Shown here: piece by piece, positions 20,029 to 29,468 of the stretch | How positions within the stretch are numbered: the first letter of the stretch is position 1 | Layout of the letters: every line of letters begins with the position of its first letter | Notes under the pieces: generated by a model | The model's input: the letters and a program-made list of their open reading frames with translations, nothing else | Database searches by the model: none | What the model was told of the DNA's origin: nothing | Assembly: GCF_000006765.1 (NCBI RefSeq) | Contig: NC_002516.2 | Strand: one strand, 5' to 3' | Length of the DNA: 64,000 bases | DNA from: Pseudomonas aeruginosa PAO1 | Lineage (GTDB): Bacteria; Pseudomonadota; Gammaproteobacteria; Pseudomonadales; Pseudomonadaceae | Made by a program: the position numbers and the translations under genes

Positions 20029-21462
20029 CTAGAGGTCCGGGTCCTTTTCCGGATCGACCCGGCGCGGGCTGGTGCGACCGTCCTCGCTGCCGAGCTGGAA
20101 GAAGATCGCCGCGGCCAGCATCGACATCAGGCCGACGCTGACATAGGTGGCGTGGAAGGCGCCGAGTACGGTGTCCTGCCCCGTATCCAGGTCGGTCTGG
20201 AAACCGCCCAGCAACGCCGCCGCGCAAGCCACGCCGAGGCTGATCGACAACTGCACGACCACCGACATCAGGCTGTTGCCGCTGCTGGCGTTGCTGTCCT
20301 GCAGGTCGATCAGGGTGAGGGTGTTCATCGCCGTGAATTGCAGGGAGTTCACCGCGCCGAGCAGGCTCAGGTGCAGCAGCAGCCAGACGTAGGGGGTGTC
20401 CTGGTCGACCAGGCCGAAGCCGGCGATCAGGCAGCCGAGGATCAGGGTGTTGCCGACCAGCAGCTTGCGATAGCCGAAGAAGTCCAGCAGTGGCTTGGCC
20501 ATCGGCTTGGCGACCATCGCGAACAGCGCCAGCGGGATCATGGTCATGCCCGCGGTGGAAGGCGGGTAGCCCAGTCCCACCTGCAGCAGCAGCGGGGTGA
20601 GGAAGGGCAGGGCGCCGCTGCCCAGGCGGGCGAACAGGTTGCCGAGGATGCCGACGGCGAAGGTCCGCGCCTTGAACAGGCTCGGCGGGAACAGCGGCTT
20701 GTCGATGCGTAGCGCGCGCAGCCAGTAGGCGGTGAGCAGGACCAGTCCGCCGATCAGCAGCAGGACCACGCGCAGGTGCGACAGGTGCAGCTCGCCGAGC
20801 CCTTCCAGGGCGATGGAGATCAGCACCATGGAGCCGCCGAAGAGCAGGAAGCCGATGCTGTCGAAACGGCTCGGCACCGGGCTGCGCAGGTCCGGCATCA
20901 GCTTCATCGCCACCAGGCAGCCGAGCAGGCCGACCGGCAGGTTGATCAGGAAGATCCAGTGCCAGGAGGCGTACTCCACCAGCCAGCCGCCCAGCGTCGG
21001 TCCCGCCAGCGGGCCGAGCAGGCCGGGAATGGTGACGAAGCTGAGCACCCGCACCAGGTCCTGGCGCGGGTAGACGCGCAGGATCACCAGCCGTCCCACC
21101 GGCATCATCAGCGCGCCGCCGACGCCCTGTACGATGCGCGCGCCGACCAGCAGTTCGAGGCTCGGCGACAGCGCGCAAAGCAACGAGCCGAGGCTGAACA
21201 GCAATACCGCGCCGAGGAATACCCGGCGTGTGCCGAAACGGTCGGCGATCCACCCCGAGGCCGGTATCAGCAGGGCCACCGTGAGCAGGTAGGCGATCAC
21301 CACCGCCTGCATGCGCAGCGGGTTTTCGTTCAGCGAACTGGCCATGCTCGGTAGTGCGGTGTTGAGGATGGTGCCGTCGAGGGCTTGCATGAAGAAGGCG
21401 ACGGCGACCAGCCAGGGCAGTTGGCGGGCGATGCGGGGGGTGAGCTGGAACGGCTCGCTCAT
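20029..21462 (-). CDS. MFS DHA2 (14-TM) efflux transporter, HsrA/MdtD-like
   Basis: FMQALDGTILNTALP, GWIADRFGTRR and motif C (GPLAGPTLGG). Confidence 0.9.
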   Translation of the reverse strand: MSEPFQLTPRIARQLPWLVAVAFFMQALDGTILNTALPSMASSLNENPLRMQAVVIAYLLTVALLIPASGWIADRFGTRRVFLGAVLLFSLGSLLCALSPSLELLVGARIVQGVGGALMMPVGRLVILRVYPRQDLVRVLSFVTIPGLLGPLAGPTLGGWLVEYASWHWIFLINLPVGLLGCLVAMKLMPDLRSPVPSRFDSIGFLLFGGSMVLISIALEGLGELHLSHLRVVLLLIGGLVLLTAYWLRALRIDKPLFPPSLFKARTFAVGILGNLFARLGSGALPFLTPLLLQVGLGYPPSTAGMTMIPLALFAMVAKPMAKPLLDFFGYRKLLVGNTLILGCLIAGFGLVDQDTPYVWLLLHLSLLGAVNSLQFTAMNTLTLIDLQDSNASSGNSLMSVVVQLSISLGVACAAALLGGFQTDLDTGQDTVLGAFHATYVSVGLMSMLAAAIFFQLGSEDGRTSPRRVDPEKDPDL

Positions 21463-21836
21463 GGATGGGCTCCCTCGGGCGGACAGGGCCCAAGCATAGA
21501 GAAGTTCTCGCCGCGATGGGACGGCCGACGACCGGATCGGGGCGAACAGCGGGCATTGCGGCGGAAGTCGCGGGCCAGAGCGGTCGCCTTTCATTGTCCT
21601 GGGTCAAGCCGAAGCGCTGGCGCTCGCCGGCTGCTGTGCTAGTACTCAAGAGTCACCCCGTCAGTGGCTGCGGATGCGACGCCGGCGCTTCGTCATCGCA
21701 CGGACATGTCCCGCGTTGCATGCTCGACGGCGCGTGCTTCACCGCCTTGTCGCGATGTTCTCCACGCAGCGCTCGGCGACCCCGGTCGCCGCTGCCGTCG
21801 CCGAAGCCCACCTTCCGTGGAAACAGGAGTCCTCCC

Positions 21837-24635
21837 ATGGCCCAGGAACTTTGCGCTATCTGCCACGAACGTCCCGCCGTCGCCCGCGTCAGCCTGGTAC
21901 AGAACGGCCAGCGCCGCGAACTCGCTCTCTGCGAACTGCATTACCGCCAGTTGATGCGCCAGCAGCGCATGCGCTCGCCGCTGGAGTCGCTGTTCGGCGG
22001 CGGCAGCCCGTTCGACGAGATCTTCTCCGGCTTCGGCGAGCAGAGCCCGGTCACCCCGGTGCGCGCCCGCGAGCCGGAGGCGGTGGACATCGCCGAATAC
22101 TTCAGCAAGCAGACCACCGAGTACCTGCAACGCGCCGCGCAGGTCGCCGCCGAATTCGGCAAGCGCGAAGTGGACACCGAGCACCTGCTCTACGCCCTGG
22201 CCGACGCCGACGTGGTGCAGGCGGTGCTCAAGCAGTTCGGCCTGTCGCCGGCCGACCTCAAGCAGTACATCGAGGCCAACGCCGTGCGCGGCGCCAGCAA
22301 GGGCGAGGCGAGCGAGGACATGACCATCTCGCCGCGGGTGAAGAGCGCCTTGCAGCATGCCTTCGCCCTGTCCCGCGAACTCGGCCACAGCTATGTCGGC
22401 CCCGAGCACCTGTTGCTCGGCCTGGCGGCGGTGCCGGACAGCTTCGCCGGGACGCTCCTGAAGAAGTACGGCCTGACCGAGCAGGCGCTACGGCAGAAAG
22501 CGGTCAAGGTGGTCGGCAAGGGCGCCGAGGACGGCCGCGTGGACGGCCCGAGCAACACTCCGCAACTGGACAAGTTCAGCCGCGACCTGACCCGGCTGGC
22601 CCGCGAAGGCAAGCTCGATCCGGTGATCGGCCGCTCGAAGGAAGTCGAGACCACCATCGAGGTTCTCGCCCGGCGCAAGAAGAACAACCCGGTGCTGATC
22701 GGCGAGCCCGGCGTCGGCAAGACCGCCATCGTCGAAGGCCTGGCCCAGCGCATGGTCCAGGGCGAGGTGCCGGAGGTGCTGCGCGACAAGCGCCTGGTCG
22801 AACTGAACATCAACGCCATGGTCGCCGGCGCCAAGTACCGCGGCGAGTTCGAGGAACGCCTCAAGCAGGTGATGGACGAACTGCAGGCGGCGCAGAGCGA
22901 GATCATCCTGTTCATCGACGAGGTGCACACCATCGTCGGTGCCGGCCAGGGCGGCGGCGAAGGCGGGCTGGACGTGGCCAACGTGCTGAAGCCGGCGATG
23001 GCGCGTGGCGAGATGAACCTGATCGGCGCCACCACCCTCAACGAGTACCAGAAGTACATCGAGAAGGACGCCGCGCTGGAGCGGCGCTTCCAGCCGGTGT
23101 TCGTCCCCGAGCCGACGGTGGAGCAGACCATCTCCATCCTCCGTGGCCTGCGCGACAAGCTCGAAGGCCACCACAAGGTGACCATCCGCGACGAGGCCTT
23201 CGTCGCCGCCGCCGAGCTGTCCGACCGCTACATCGGCAACCGTTTCCTGCCGGACAAGGCCATCGACCTGATCGACCAGGCCGCCGCCCGCGTGCGCATC
23301 GCCAGCACCTCGCGGCCGGCCGAGATCCAGGAACTGGAGGCCGAGCTGGCGCAGCTCAAGCGCGAGCAGGACTACGCCGCCAGCCGCAAGTGGTACGACG
23401 AGGCGAAGGTCTTCGAGAAACGCATCCAGGAACGCAAGGAACACCTCGAGCAGATCACCGAGCGCTGGCAGCAGACCCAGGGGTCGAAGACCGAGGAGGT
23501 GCGGGTCGAGGACATCGCCGAGATCATCTCCAAGCTCACCGGCATCCCGGTCACCGAACTGACCGCCGAGGAGCGCGAGAAGCTCCTGCAGATGGAAGAG
23601 CGCCTGCACCAGCGGGTGATCGGCCAGCAGGAAGCGATCACCGCGGTCAGCGACGCCGTGCGCCTGGCCCGCGCCGGGCTGCGCCAGGGCAGCCGGCCGA
23701 TCGCCACCTTCCTGTTCCTCGGCCCGACCGGGGTGGGCAAGACCGAGCTGGCCAAGGCCTTGGCCGAGGTGGTGTTCGGCGACGAAGACGCGATGATCCG
23801 CATCGACATGAGCGAATACATGGAGCGCCACGCGGTGTCCCGGCTGATCGGTGCGCCGCCGGGCTACGTCGGCTACGACGAGGGCGGCCAGCTCACCGAG
23901 CGGGTGCGCCGGCGGCCGTACAGCGTGATCCTGCTCGACGAGATCGAGAAGGCCCACGCCGACGTCAACAACATCCTCCTGCAGGTGTTCGACGACGGCC
24001 GCCTGACCGACGGCAAGGGGCGCGTGGTGGACTTCACCAACACCATCATCATCGCCACCAGCAACCTCGGCTCCGAGCTGATCATGAAGAACGCCCAGGC
24101 CGGCGAGTTCGCCCAGCCGCCGGAGAAGCTCAAGCGCGAACTGATGACTACCCTGCGCGGGCATTTCCGCCCGGAATTCCTCAACCGCCTCGACGAGGTG
24201 ATCGTCTTCGAATCGTTGAGCAAGGCGCAGATCGAGGACATCGTGCGCCTGCAACTGGAGCGGGTGAAGCGCGCCGCGCACGCCCAGGACATCTACCTGC
24301 ACATCGACGACAGCCTGGTCGGCCACCTCGCCGAAGAGGCCTACCAGCCGGAGTTCGGCGCCCGCGAACTGAAGCGGCAGATCCGCCAGCAACTGGAGAC
24401 GCGCCTGGCCACGGCGATGCTCAAGGGCGAGGTGAAGGAGGGCGAGACGGTCACCTTCTTCTACGACGCCAAGGACGGCGTCGGCTACCGCAAGGGCGCC
24501 GCGCCGAATCCGGCGGCACGCAAGAAGTCCGGTGCCGGCGAGACGCCCAGGGGCCGCGCGACGGCGGCGAGGAAGCCGGCGGCGAAGAAAGGCGCCGCCG
24601 CCAAGGGCAAGGCCGACAAGCCGAAGGCCAAGTGA
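21837..24635 (+). CDS. clpG: Stand-alone AAA+ disaggregase ClpG, 932 aa
   Basis: N-terminal CAIC...CELH metal-binding extension; Clp N-domain; two AAA domains ([16 protein letters not shown]); Lys/Ala-rich tail; RBS AGGAG before ATG at 21837. Confidence 0.85.
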   Translation: MAQELCAICHERPAVARVSLVQNGQRRELALCELHYRQLMRQQRMRSPLESLFGGGSPFDEIFSGFGEQSPVTPVRAREPEAVDIAEYFSKQTTEYLQRAAQVAAEFGKREVDTEHLLYALADADVVQAVLKQFGLSPADLKQYIEANAVRGASKGEASEDMTISPRVKSALQHAFALSRELGHSYVGPEHLLLGLAAVPDSFAGTLLKKYGLTEQALRQKAVKVVGKGAEDGRVDGPSNTPQLDKFSRDLTRLAREGKLDPVIGRSKEVETTIEVLARRKKNNPVLIGEPGVGKTAIVEGLAQRMVQGEVPEVLRDKRLVELNINAMVAGAKYRGEFEERLKQVMDELQAAQSEIILFIDEVHTIVGAGQGGGEGGLDVANVLKPAMARGEMNLIGATTLNEYQKYIEKDAALERRFQPVFVPEPTVEQTISILRGLRDKLEGHHKVTIRDEAFVAAAELSDRYIGNRFLPDKAIDLIDQAAARVRIASTSRPAEIQELEAELAQLKREQDYAASRKWYDEAKVFEKRIQERKEHLEQITERWQQTQGSKTEEVRVEDIAEIISKLTGIPVTELTAEEREKLLQMEERLHQRVIGQQEAITAVSDAVRLARAGLRQGSRPIATFLFLGPTGVGKTELAKALAEVVFGDEDAMIRIDMSEYMERHAVSRLIGAPPGYVGYDEGGQLTERVRRRPYSVILLDEIEKAHADVNNILLQVFDDGRLTDGKGRVVDFTNTIIIATSNLGSELIMKNAQAGEFAQPPEKLKRELMTTLRGHFRPEFLNRLDEVIVFESLSKAQIEDIVRLQLERVKRAAHAQDIYLHIDDSLVGHLAEEAYQPEFGARELKRQIRQQLETRLATAMLKGEVKEGETVTFFYDAKDGVGYRKGAAPNPAARKKSGAGETPRGRATAARKPAAKKGAAAKGKADKPKAK

Positions 24636-24736
24636 CCCGACCAAGGTTGGGGAACAAGGCACCGGCCGGCCGGTCGAAATCTCACCCCGGCCTGCGAATG
24701 CGGCCGGGGCGTTCGATATCTCATGAGGAATTGCCG

Positions 24737-25315
24737 ATGCGCGTCACCACTCACGCTACCCTGGCCGCGGCCCTGCTGCTCAGCGCCGCCTCCGCGTTCG
24801 CCTTCAATCTCGGGGATGCCGCCAAGGCGGTCGCCGGGGCGTCCCAGGGCGACTCCGCCCAGGTAGCCACCACCCCGCAGACCAGCGGTCTGCTCGGCGC
24901 ACTCACCGGCCAGCTCGGGGTCAGCCAGGAGCAGGCGGTCGGCGGTACCGGCGCCCTGCTCGGCCTGGCCAAGAACCAGTTGGCCGGCAACGATTATTCG
25001 CAACTGGTTAAGACCATCCCCGGCCTCGACAAGCTGGCCGGCAACAACGCCCTGGCCGGTCTCGGCGGGCTCGGCAACGTGCTCGGCAAGAGCGGCGGCG
25101 ACAGCAAGGGCCTCGGTTCGCTGCTCGGCAATGCGGACAGCATGGGCGACGTGAACAAGGCCTTCGGCACCCTGGGCATGGATAGCGGGATGACCGAGAA
25201 GTTCGCCCAGGTGCTGGTCGACTACTTCGGCAAGCAGGGCGCCAACAGCGAGCTGCTGGGCAGCCTGAGCAATCTCTGGGGAGTGAGCAAGGCGGGCGGC
25301 TCGTCGCTGCTCTGA
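24737..25315 (+). CDS. Secreted Gly-rich protein (DUF2780-like)
   Basis: Signal peptide MRVTTHATLAAALLLSAASAFA; QAVGGTGALL motif; RBS GAGG. Confidence 0.75.
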   Translation: MRVTTHATLAAALLLSAASAFAFNLGDAAKAVAGASQGDSAQVATTPQTSGLLGALTGQLGVSQEQAVGGTGALLGLAKNQLAGNDYSQLVKTIPGLDKLAGNNALAGLGGLGNVLGKSGGDSKGLGSLLGNADSMGDVNKAFGTLGMDSGMTEKFAQVLVDYFGKQGANSELLGSLSNLWGVSKAGGSSLL

Positions 25316-25332
25316 TCTGCCGCCAGCGGATC

Positions 25333-25603
25333 GGCGGATAACCGCGCTGCGGTTATTCGCCCTACGAAGTGGGTGCGGCGCCCGGATATTCGTTGCCCGC
25401 ACCGGTAGGGCGAATAACGCCCCCGGCGTTATCCGCCGCCGCGCCATGGAAACGGCGGATAACCGCGTTGCGGTTATTCGCCCTACGAGGTGGGTGCGAC
25501 CCCCGGGTATTCGTTGCCTGCACCGGTAGGGCGAATAACGCCCCCGGCGTTATCCGCCCGCCGTGGAAACGGCGGATAACCGCGTTGCGGTTATTCGCCC
25601 TAC
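25333..25603. repeat. REP/BIME array of five REPs in alternating orientation
   Basis: REPs at 25333-25365, 25405-25437, 25454-25486, 25526-25558 and 25571-25603; doublet period about 117-121 bp; lies between convergent genes. Confidence 0.93.
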
Positions 25604-25629
25604 GAGATGGGTGTGCTTCGGCCGGTACT

Positions 25630-26517
25630 TCAGCGCAGTTGCCGCAAGCGGGCGATGCGTTCGTCCTTTTCTTCCCACATGCGCGAGACCCATTCCTGCA
25701 CGTACTGGCGGAACACCGGGTCGTTCTCGTAGTCGCCCTGCCACAGGGCGGGATCGATCGGGCGGGTCTGGATGTCGACGATCACCTTCGGCACCCGTCC
25801 GCAGAGCAGGTCCCAGAATCCCGGCACCTTGTCGCTCGGGTAGACCACGGTGACGTCGAGCAGGGCGTCCAGTTGCTCGCCCAGCGCGGCGAGGACGAAG
25901 GCCACCCCGCCGGCCTTGGGCTTGAGCAGGTGGCGATAGGGCGACTGTTGCCGGGCCTTCTTCTGCTCACTGAAACGCGTGCCTTCCAGGTAGTTCACCA
26001 CGGTCACCGGGATGCGCTTGAACTTCTCGCAGGCGGCCTTGGTGATCTCCAGGTCCTTGCCCTTGAGTTCCGGGTGCTTCTCCAGGAAGGCCTTGGAATA
26101 GCGCTTCATGAACGGATACTCCAGCGCCCACCAGGCCAGGCCGAGGAAGGGCACCCAGATCAGCTCCTTCTTGAGGAAGAACTTGAAGTACGGGGTGCGC
26201 CGGTTGAACACCTGGATCAACGCGGGGATGTCGACCCAGGACTGGTGGTTGCTCACCACCAGGTACGAGGTGTCCTGGCGCAGGTCGCTGGCGCCGCGCA
26301 CGTCCCAGACCGTCGGCGTGCAGGTGGCGAAGATCCACTTGTCGATCTCCGCCCAGGTCTCGGCGATCCACATCACGCCCCTGGAGCAGAGGTCTTTCAG
26401 GCGCTGGCCGGGGAGCACCAGCTTGAGCAGTGCGATCAGCATCATCGGGCCGATCAGGATCAGCGTGTTGAGAAGCAGCAGAAGGCTGCTGGTCAGGCCG
26501 GTCAACAGTTCCCGCAT
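25630..26517 (-). CDS. YihG-like lysophospholipid acyltransferase
   Basis: NHQSWVD (HX4D), FFLKKEL and NYLEGTRF motifs. Confidence 0.9.
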   Translation of the reverse strand: MRELLTGLTSSLLLLLNTLILIGPMMLIALLKLVLPGQRLKDLCSRGVMWIAETWAEIDKWIFATCTPTVWDVRGASDLRQDTSYLVVSNHQSWVDIPALIQVFNRRTPYFKFFLKKELIWVPFLGLAWWALEYPFMKRYSKAFLEKHPELKGKDLEITKAACEKFKRIPVTVVNYLEGTRFSEQKKARQQSPYRHLLKPKAGGVAFVLAALGEQLDALLDVTVVYPSDKVPGFWDLLCGRVPKVIVDIQTRPIDPALWQGDYENDPVFRQYVQEWVSRMWEEKDERIARLRQLR

Positions 26518-26659
26518 GGTTGGTTTCCCTGTCCTGGGTGTGGGTCGACGCGGCCCATCATACGCATCCGCGCCGCGCCGCCCAAGCCGCCGGCGTGGCG
26601 AACGAAACCGCGCCGTGCTAGTCCTATGTGGACCTCGTATCACTTCAGGAGATGCCCGC

Positions 26660-27169
26660 GTGAAGCGTGCCCTTGCCTTGCTCTCGCTGTTCGCCCTGCC
26701 GGTCCTCGCCGCCGAACCCAACCTCTACGGCCGCTACGAATGGGTCTCCCTGCCGGAGCTGGACCGCACCCTGCAGGCGAAGATGGACACCGGCGCCTAC
26801 ACCTCCTCGCTGTCGGCCAAGGACATCGAGTTGTTCCAGCGCGACGGCGAGGAGTGGGTGCGCTTCCGGCTGGCCACCAAGGAGGCCGACGGCTCGGTGT
26901 TCGAGCACAAGCTGGCGCGCATCGGCAAGATCAAGAACCGCGCCGACAACCGCAGCGGCGAGGACGAGGATGAGGACCGCCTGAGCGAACGCCCGGTGAT
27001 CGACCTGCAGGTCTGCCTGGGCGGAGCGATGAAGACCATCGAGGTCAACCTCACCGACCGCAGCGCCTTCAACTATCCGTTCCTGATGGGCACCAAGGGC
27101 TTGCGCAAATTCCACGTCGCGGTCGATCCCTCCGAGCGCTTCGTCGCCGACAAGCCCACCTGCAAGTAA
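26660..27169 (+). CDS. Secreted retropepsin-like peptidase (second paralog)
   Basis: GTG start after AGGAGA; signal peptide; AKMDTGAYTSSL and FNYPFLMG motifs. Confidence 0.78.
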   Translation: MKRALALLSLFALPVLAAEPNLYGRYEWVSLPELDRTLQAKMDTGAYTSSLSAKDIELFQRDGEEWVRFRLATKEADGSVFEHKLARIGKIKNRADNRSGEDEDEDRLSERPVIDLQVCLGGAMKTIEVNLTDRSAFNYPFLMGTKGLRKFHVAVDPSERFVADKPTCK

Positions 27170-27253
27170 GCGTCCTACGCCACCGGCGGCGCGATTGACG
27201 CGCGCGCCGGCTTGCGGCACCGTTCCGGCATTCCCGTCAGCCGCCGTCACGCC

Positions 27254-27943
27254 ATGCCGCATATCCTGATCGTCGAAGATGAAGCCGCGATTGCCGACAC
27301 CCTGCTCTACGCCCTGCAGGCCGAAGGCTTCGCCACCACCTGGGTGACCCTCGCCGGCGAGGCGCTGGCGTTACAGGAGCGCCAGCCGGCGGATCTGCTG
27401 ATCCTCGACGTCGGTCTGCCGGACATCAGCGGTTTCGAGGCCTGCAAGCGCCTGCGGCGGTTCTCCGAGGTGCCGGTGATCTTCCTCACCGCGCGCGATG
27501 CCGAGATCGACCGCGTGGTCGGCCTGGAGATCGGCGCCGACGACTACGTGGTCAAGCCGTTCAGCCCGCGCGAGGTGGCGGCTCGGGTCAAGGCCATCCT
27601 CAAGCGCATGGCGCCGCGCCCGGCGGCGCTGGAAGAGGCCGCGCCGAGCGGGCCGTTCCAGGTCGACGAGGAGCGCGTGCGGATCCACTACCGCGACACC
27701 CCGCTCAACCTCACCCGCCACGAGTTCCGCCTGCTGCAGACGCTGCTCGGGCAGCCCGAGCGGGTATTCAGCCGCGAGCAGTTGCTCGACGCCCTCGGCG
27801 TCGCCAGCGAGGCCGGCTACGAGCGCAACATCGACAGCCACATCAAGAGCCTGCGCGCCAAGCTGCGCCAGGTGAACGAACGCGGCGAAGCGATCCAGAC
27901 CCATCGCGGCCTGGGCTACAGCTACAGCCCGGACCACGCCTGA
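27254..27943 (+). CDS. creB: OmpR-family response regulator CreB
   Basis: ILIVEDE, LDVGLPD and GADDYVVKPF motifs; precedes creC. Confidence 0.9.
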   Translation: MPHILIVEDEAAIADTLLYALQAEGFATTWVTLAGEALALQERQPADLLILDVGLPDISGFEACKRLRRFSEVPVIFLTARDAEIDRVVGLEIGADDYVVKPFSPREVAARVKAILKRMAPRPAALEEAAPSGPFQVDEERVRIHYRDTPLNLTRHEFRLLQTLLGQPERVFSREQLLDALGVASEAGYERNIDSHIKSLRAKLRQVNERGEAIQTHRGLGYSYSPDHA

Positions 27944-29367
27944 TGCCGCTCGGCGTTCGGATCTTCCTGGTCTACTTCCTGTTCGTCGGTCTCACCGGCT
28001 ACTTCGTGCTGAGCACGGTGATGGACGAAGTGCGCCCCGGCGTGCGCCAGTCCACCGAGGAAACCCTGGTGGACACCGCCAACCTGCTCGCCGAGATCCT
28101 CCGCCAGGACGTGAAGAACGGCACCCTGGCACAGAGCGACCTGCCGGAGATGCTCGAGGACTACGGCAAGCGGGTGCCGCAGGCGGATATCTGGGGCTTG
28201 CGCAAGGAGGCGGTGAACCACCGCATCTACGTCACCGACGCCAGCGGCAAGGTGCTGCTGGACTCCGCCGGGGTGGCCGTCGGCCAGGACTATTCGCGCT
28301 GGAACGACGTCTACCTGACTCTCCGGGGCCAGTACGGCGCGCGCTCCAGCCGCGAAGACCCGGACGACCCGGATTCCTCGGTGATGTACGTGGCGGCGCC
28401 GATCAAGGATGGCGGGAAGATCATCGGGGTGGTTTCGGTGGCCAAGCCGAACAGCAGCCTGCAACCCTACATCGACCGCTCGCAGCGGCGCCTGGCCTGG
28501 CTCGGTGCCGGGCTGATCGCCCTCGGGCTGCTGGTCGGCGGCCTGCTCTCCTGGTGGCTCAGCGGCGCGCTGCGGCGCCTCACCCAGTACGCCCAGGCGG
28601 TCAGCGAGGGGCGCCGCGCCGAGCTGCCGCGCTATCGCGGCGGCGAGATGGCGCAACTGGCCGACGCGGTGGAACGCATGCGCACGCAACTGGAAGGCAA
28701 GGACTACGTCGAGCGCTACGTGCATACCCTGACCCACGAACTGAAGAGCCCATTGGCGGCGATCCGTGGCGCCGCCGAGTTGCTCGACGGCGAGATGCCG
28801 GCCGAGCAGCGGGCGCGCTTCGTCGGCAACATCGCCGGCGAGAGCGAGCGCCTGCAACAACTGATCGAGCGCCTGCTGAGCCTGGCCCAGGTGGAGCAGC
28901 GGCAAGGCCTGGAGGAGGTCGGCAAGGTCGACTTGCGGGAGATCGCCGCGTCCCTGCTGGAAGGCCAGGCGGCGCGTATCCAGCGCCAGCGATTGCGGGT
29001 GGAGAACCGCCTGGAAGGTCCCTGCGAGGTTCGCGGCGAGCAGTTCCTGCTGCGCCAGGCGCTGGCCAACCTGCTCGACAACGCCCTCGACTTCACCCCG
29101 CCCGGCGGCATCCTTCGCCTGCTCGCCGAGGCCGACGGCGAGGGTATCGCCTTGCGCCTGTTCAACCAGGGGCCGGCGATTCCCGACTACGCCCTGGCGC
29201 GCCTCACCGAACGCTTCTACTCGCTGCCGCGCCCGGCCAGCGGGCGCAAGAGCACCGGGCTGGGACTGAACTTCGTCGCCGAGGTGGCGCAACTGCATGG
29301 CGGCCGGTTGCAGGTCGGCAACCGCGACGACGGCGTCGAGGCGCTGCTCTGGCTGCCGCGCGGCTGA
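27943..29367 (+). CDS. creC: Sensor histidine kinase CreC (BlrB)
   Basis: VRPGVRQSTEETLVDTAN N-terminus; H-box LTHELKSP; N and G boxes. Confidence 0.92.
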   Translation: MPLGVRIFLVYFLFVGLTGYFVLSTVMDEVRPGVRQSTEETLVDTANLLAEILRQDVKNGTLAQSDLPEMLEDYGKRVPQADIWGLRKEAVNHRIYVTDASGKVLLDSAGVAVGQDYSRWNDVYLTLRGQYGARSSREDPDDPDSSVMYVAAPIKDGGKIIGVVSVAKPNSSLQPYIDRSQRRLAWLGAGLIALGLLVGGLLSWWLSGALRRLTQYAQAVSEGRRAELPRYRGGEMAQLADAVERMRTQLEGKDYVERYVHTLTHELKSPLAAIRGAAELLDGEMPAEQRARFVGNIAGESERLQQLIERLLSLAQVEQRQGLEEVGKVDLREIAASLLEGQAARIQRQRLRVENRLEGPCEVRGEQFLLRQALANLLDNALDFTPPGGILRLLAEADGEGIALRLFNQGPAIPDYALARLTERFYSLPRPASGRKSTGLGLNFVAEVAQLHGGRLQVGNRDDGVEALLWLPRG

Positions 29368-29372
29368 GGCGT

Positions 29373-29400
29373 CTCCACGGAAACTCCATCGACTCTCCAC
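29373..29400 (+). promoter_or_regulatory. cre-tag-like direct repeats upstream of creD
   Basis: CTCCAC / CTCCAT / CTCCAC at 29373, 29384 and 29395 (11-bp period); analogous to TTCAC-N6-TTCAC. Confidence 0.55.
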
Positions 29401-29468
29401 ACGGCGACCCGAAGCCCGCCATCGCGGCGCCGCAGACTTTCCGCCATCACCCCGACGGAGAGTCCCCC

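Noticed and set aside
13825-24662. Long alternative-frame or antisense ORFs (e.g. 13825-16686, 15537-17867, 22488-24662, and the upstream parts of 21674-25315 and 46089-49097)
   Set aside because: Shadow ORFs typical of high-GC DNA: Arg/Ala/Gly/Pro-rich, no motifs, and overlapping well-supported genes. Only the 3' ends of the last two are real genes.
25333-25603. Regularly spaced palindromic repeats as a CRISPR array
   Set aside because: Repeats alternate in orientation, spacers are near-copies of each other, the motif recurs elsewhere in the window as REP, and no cas genes are present.
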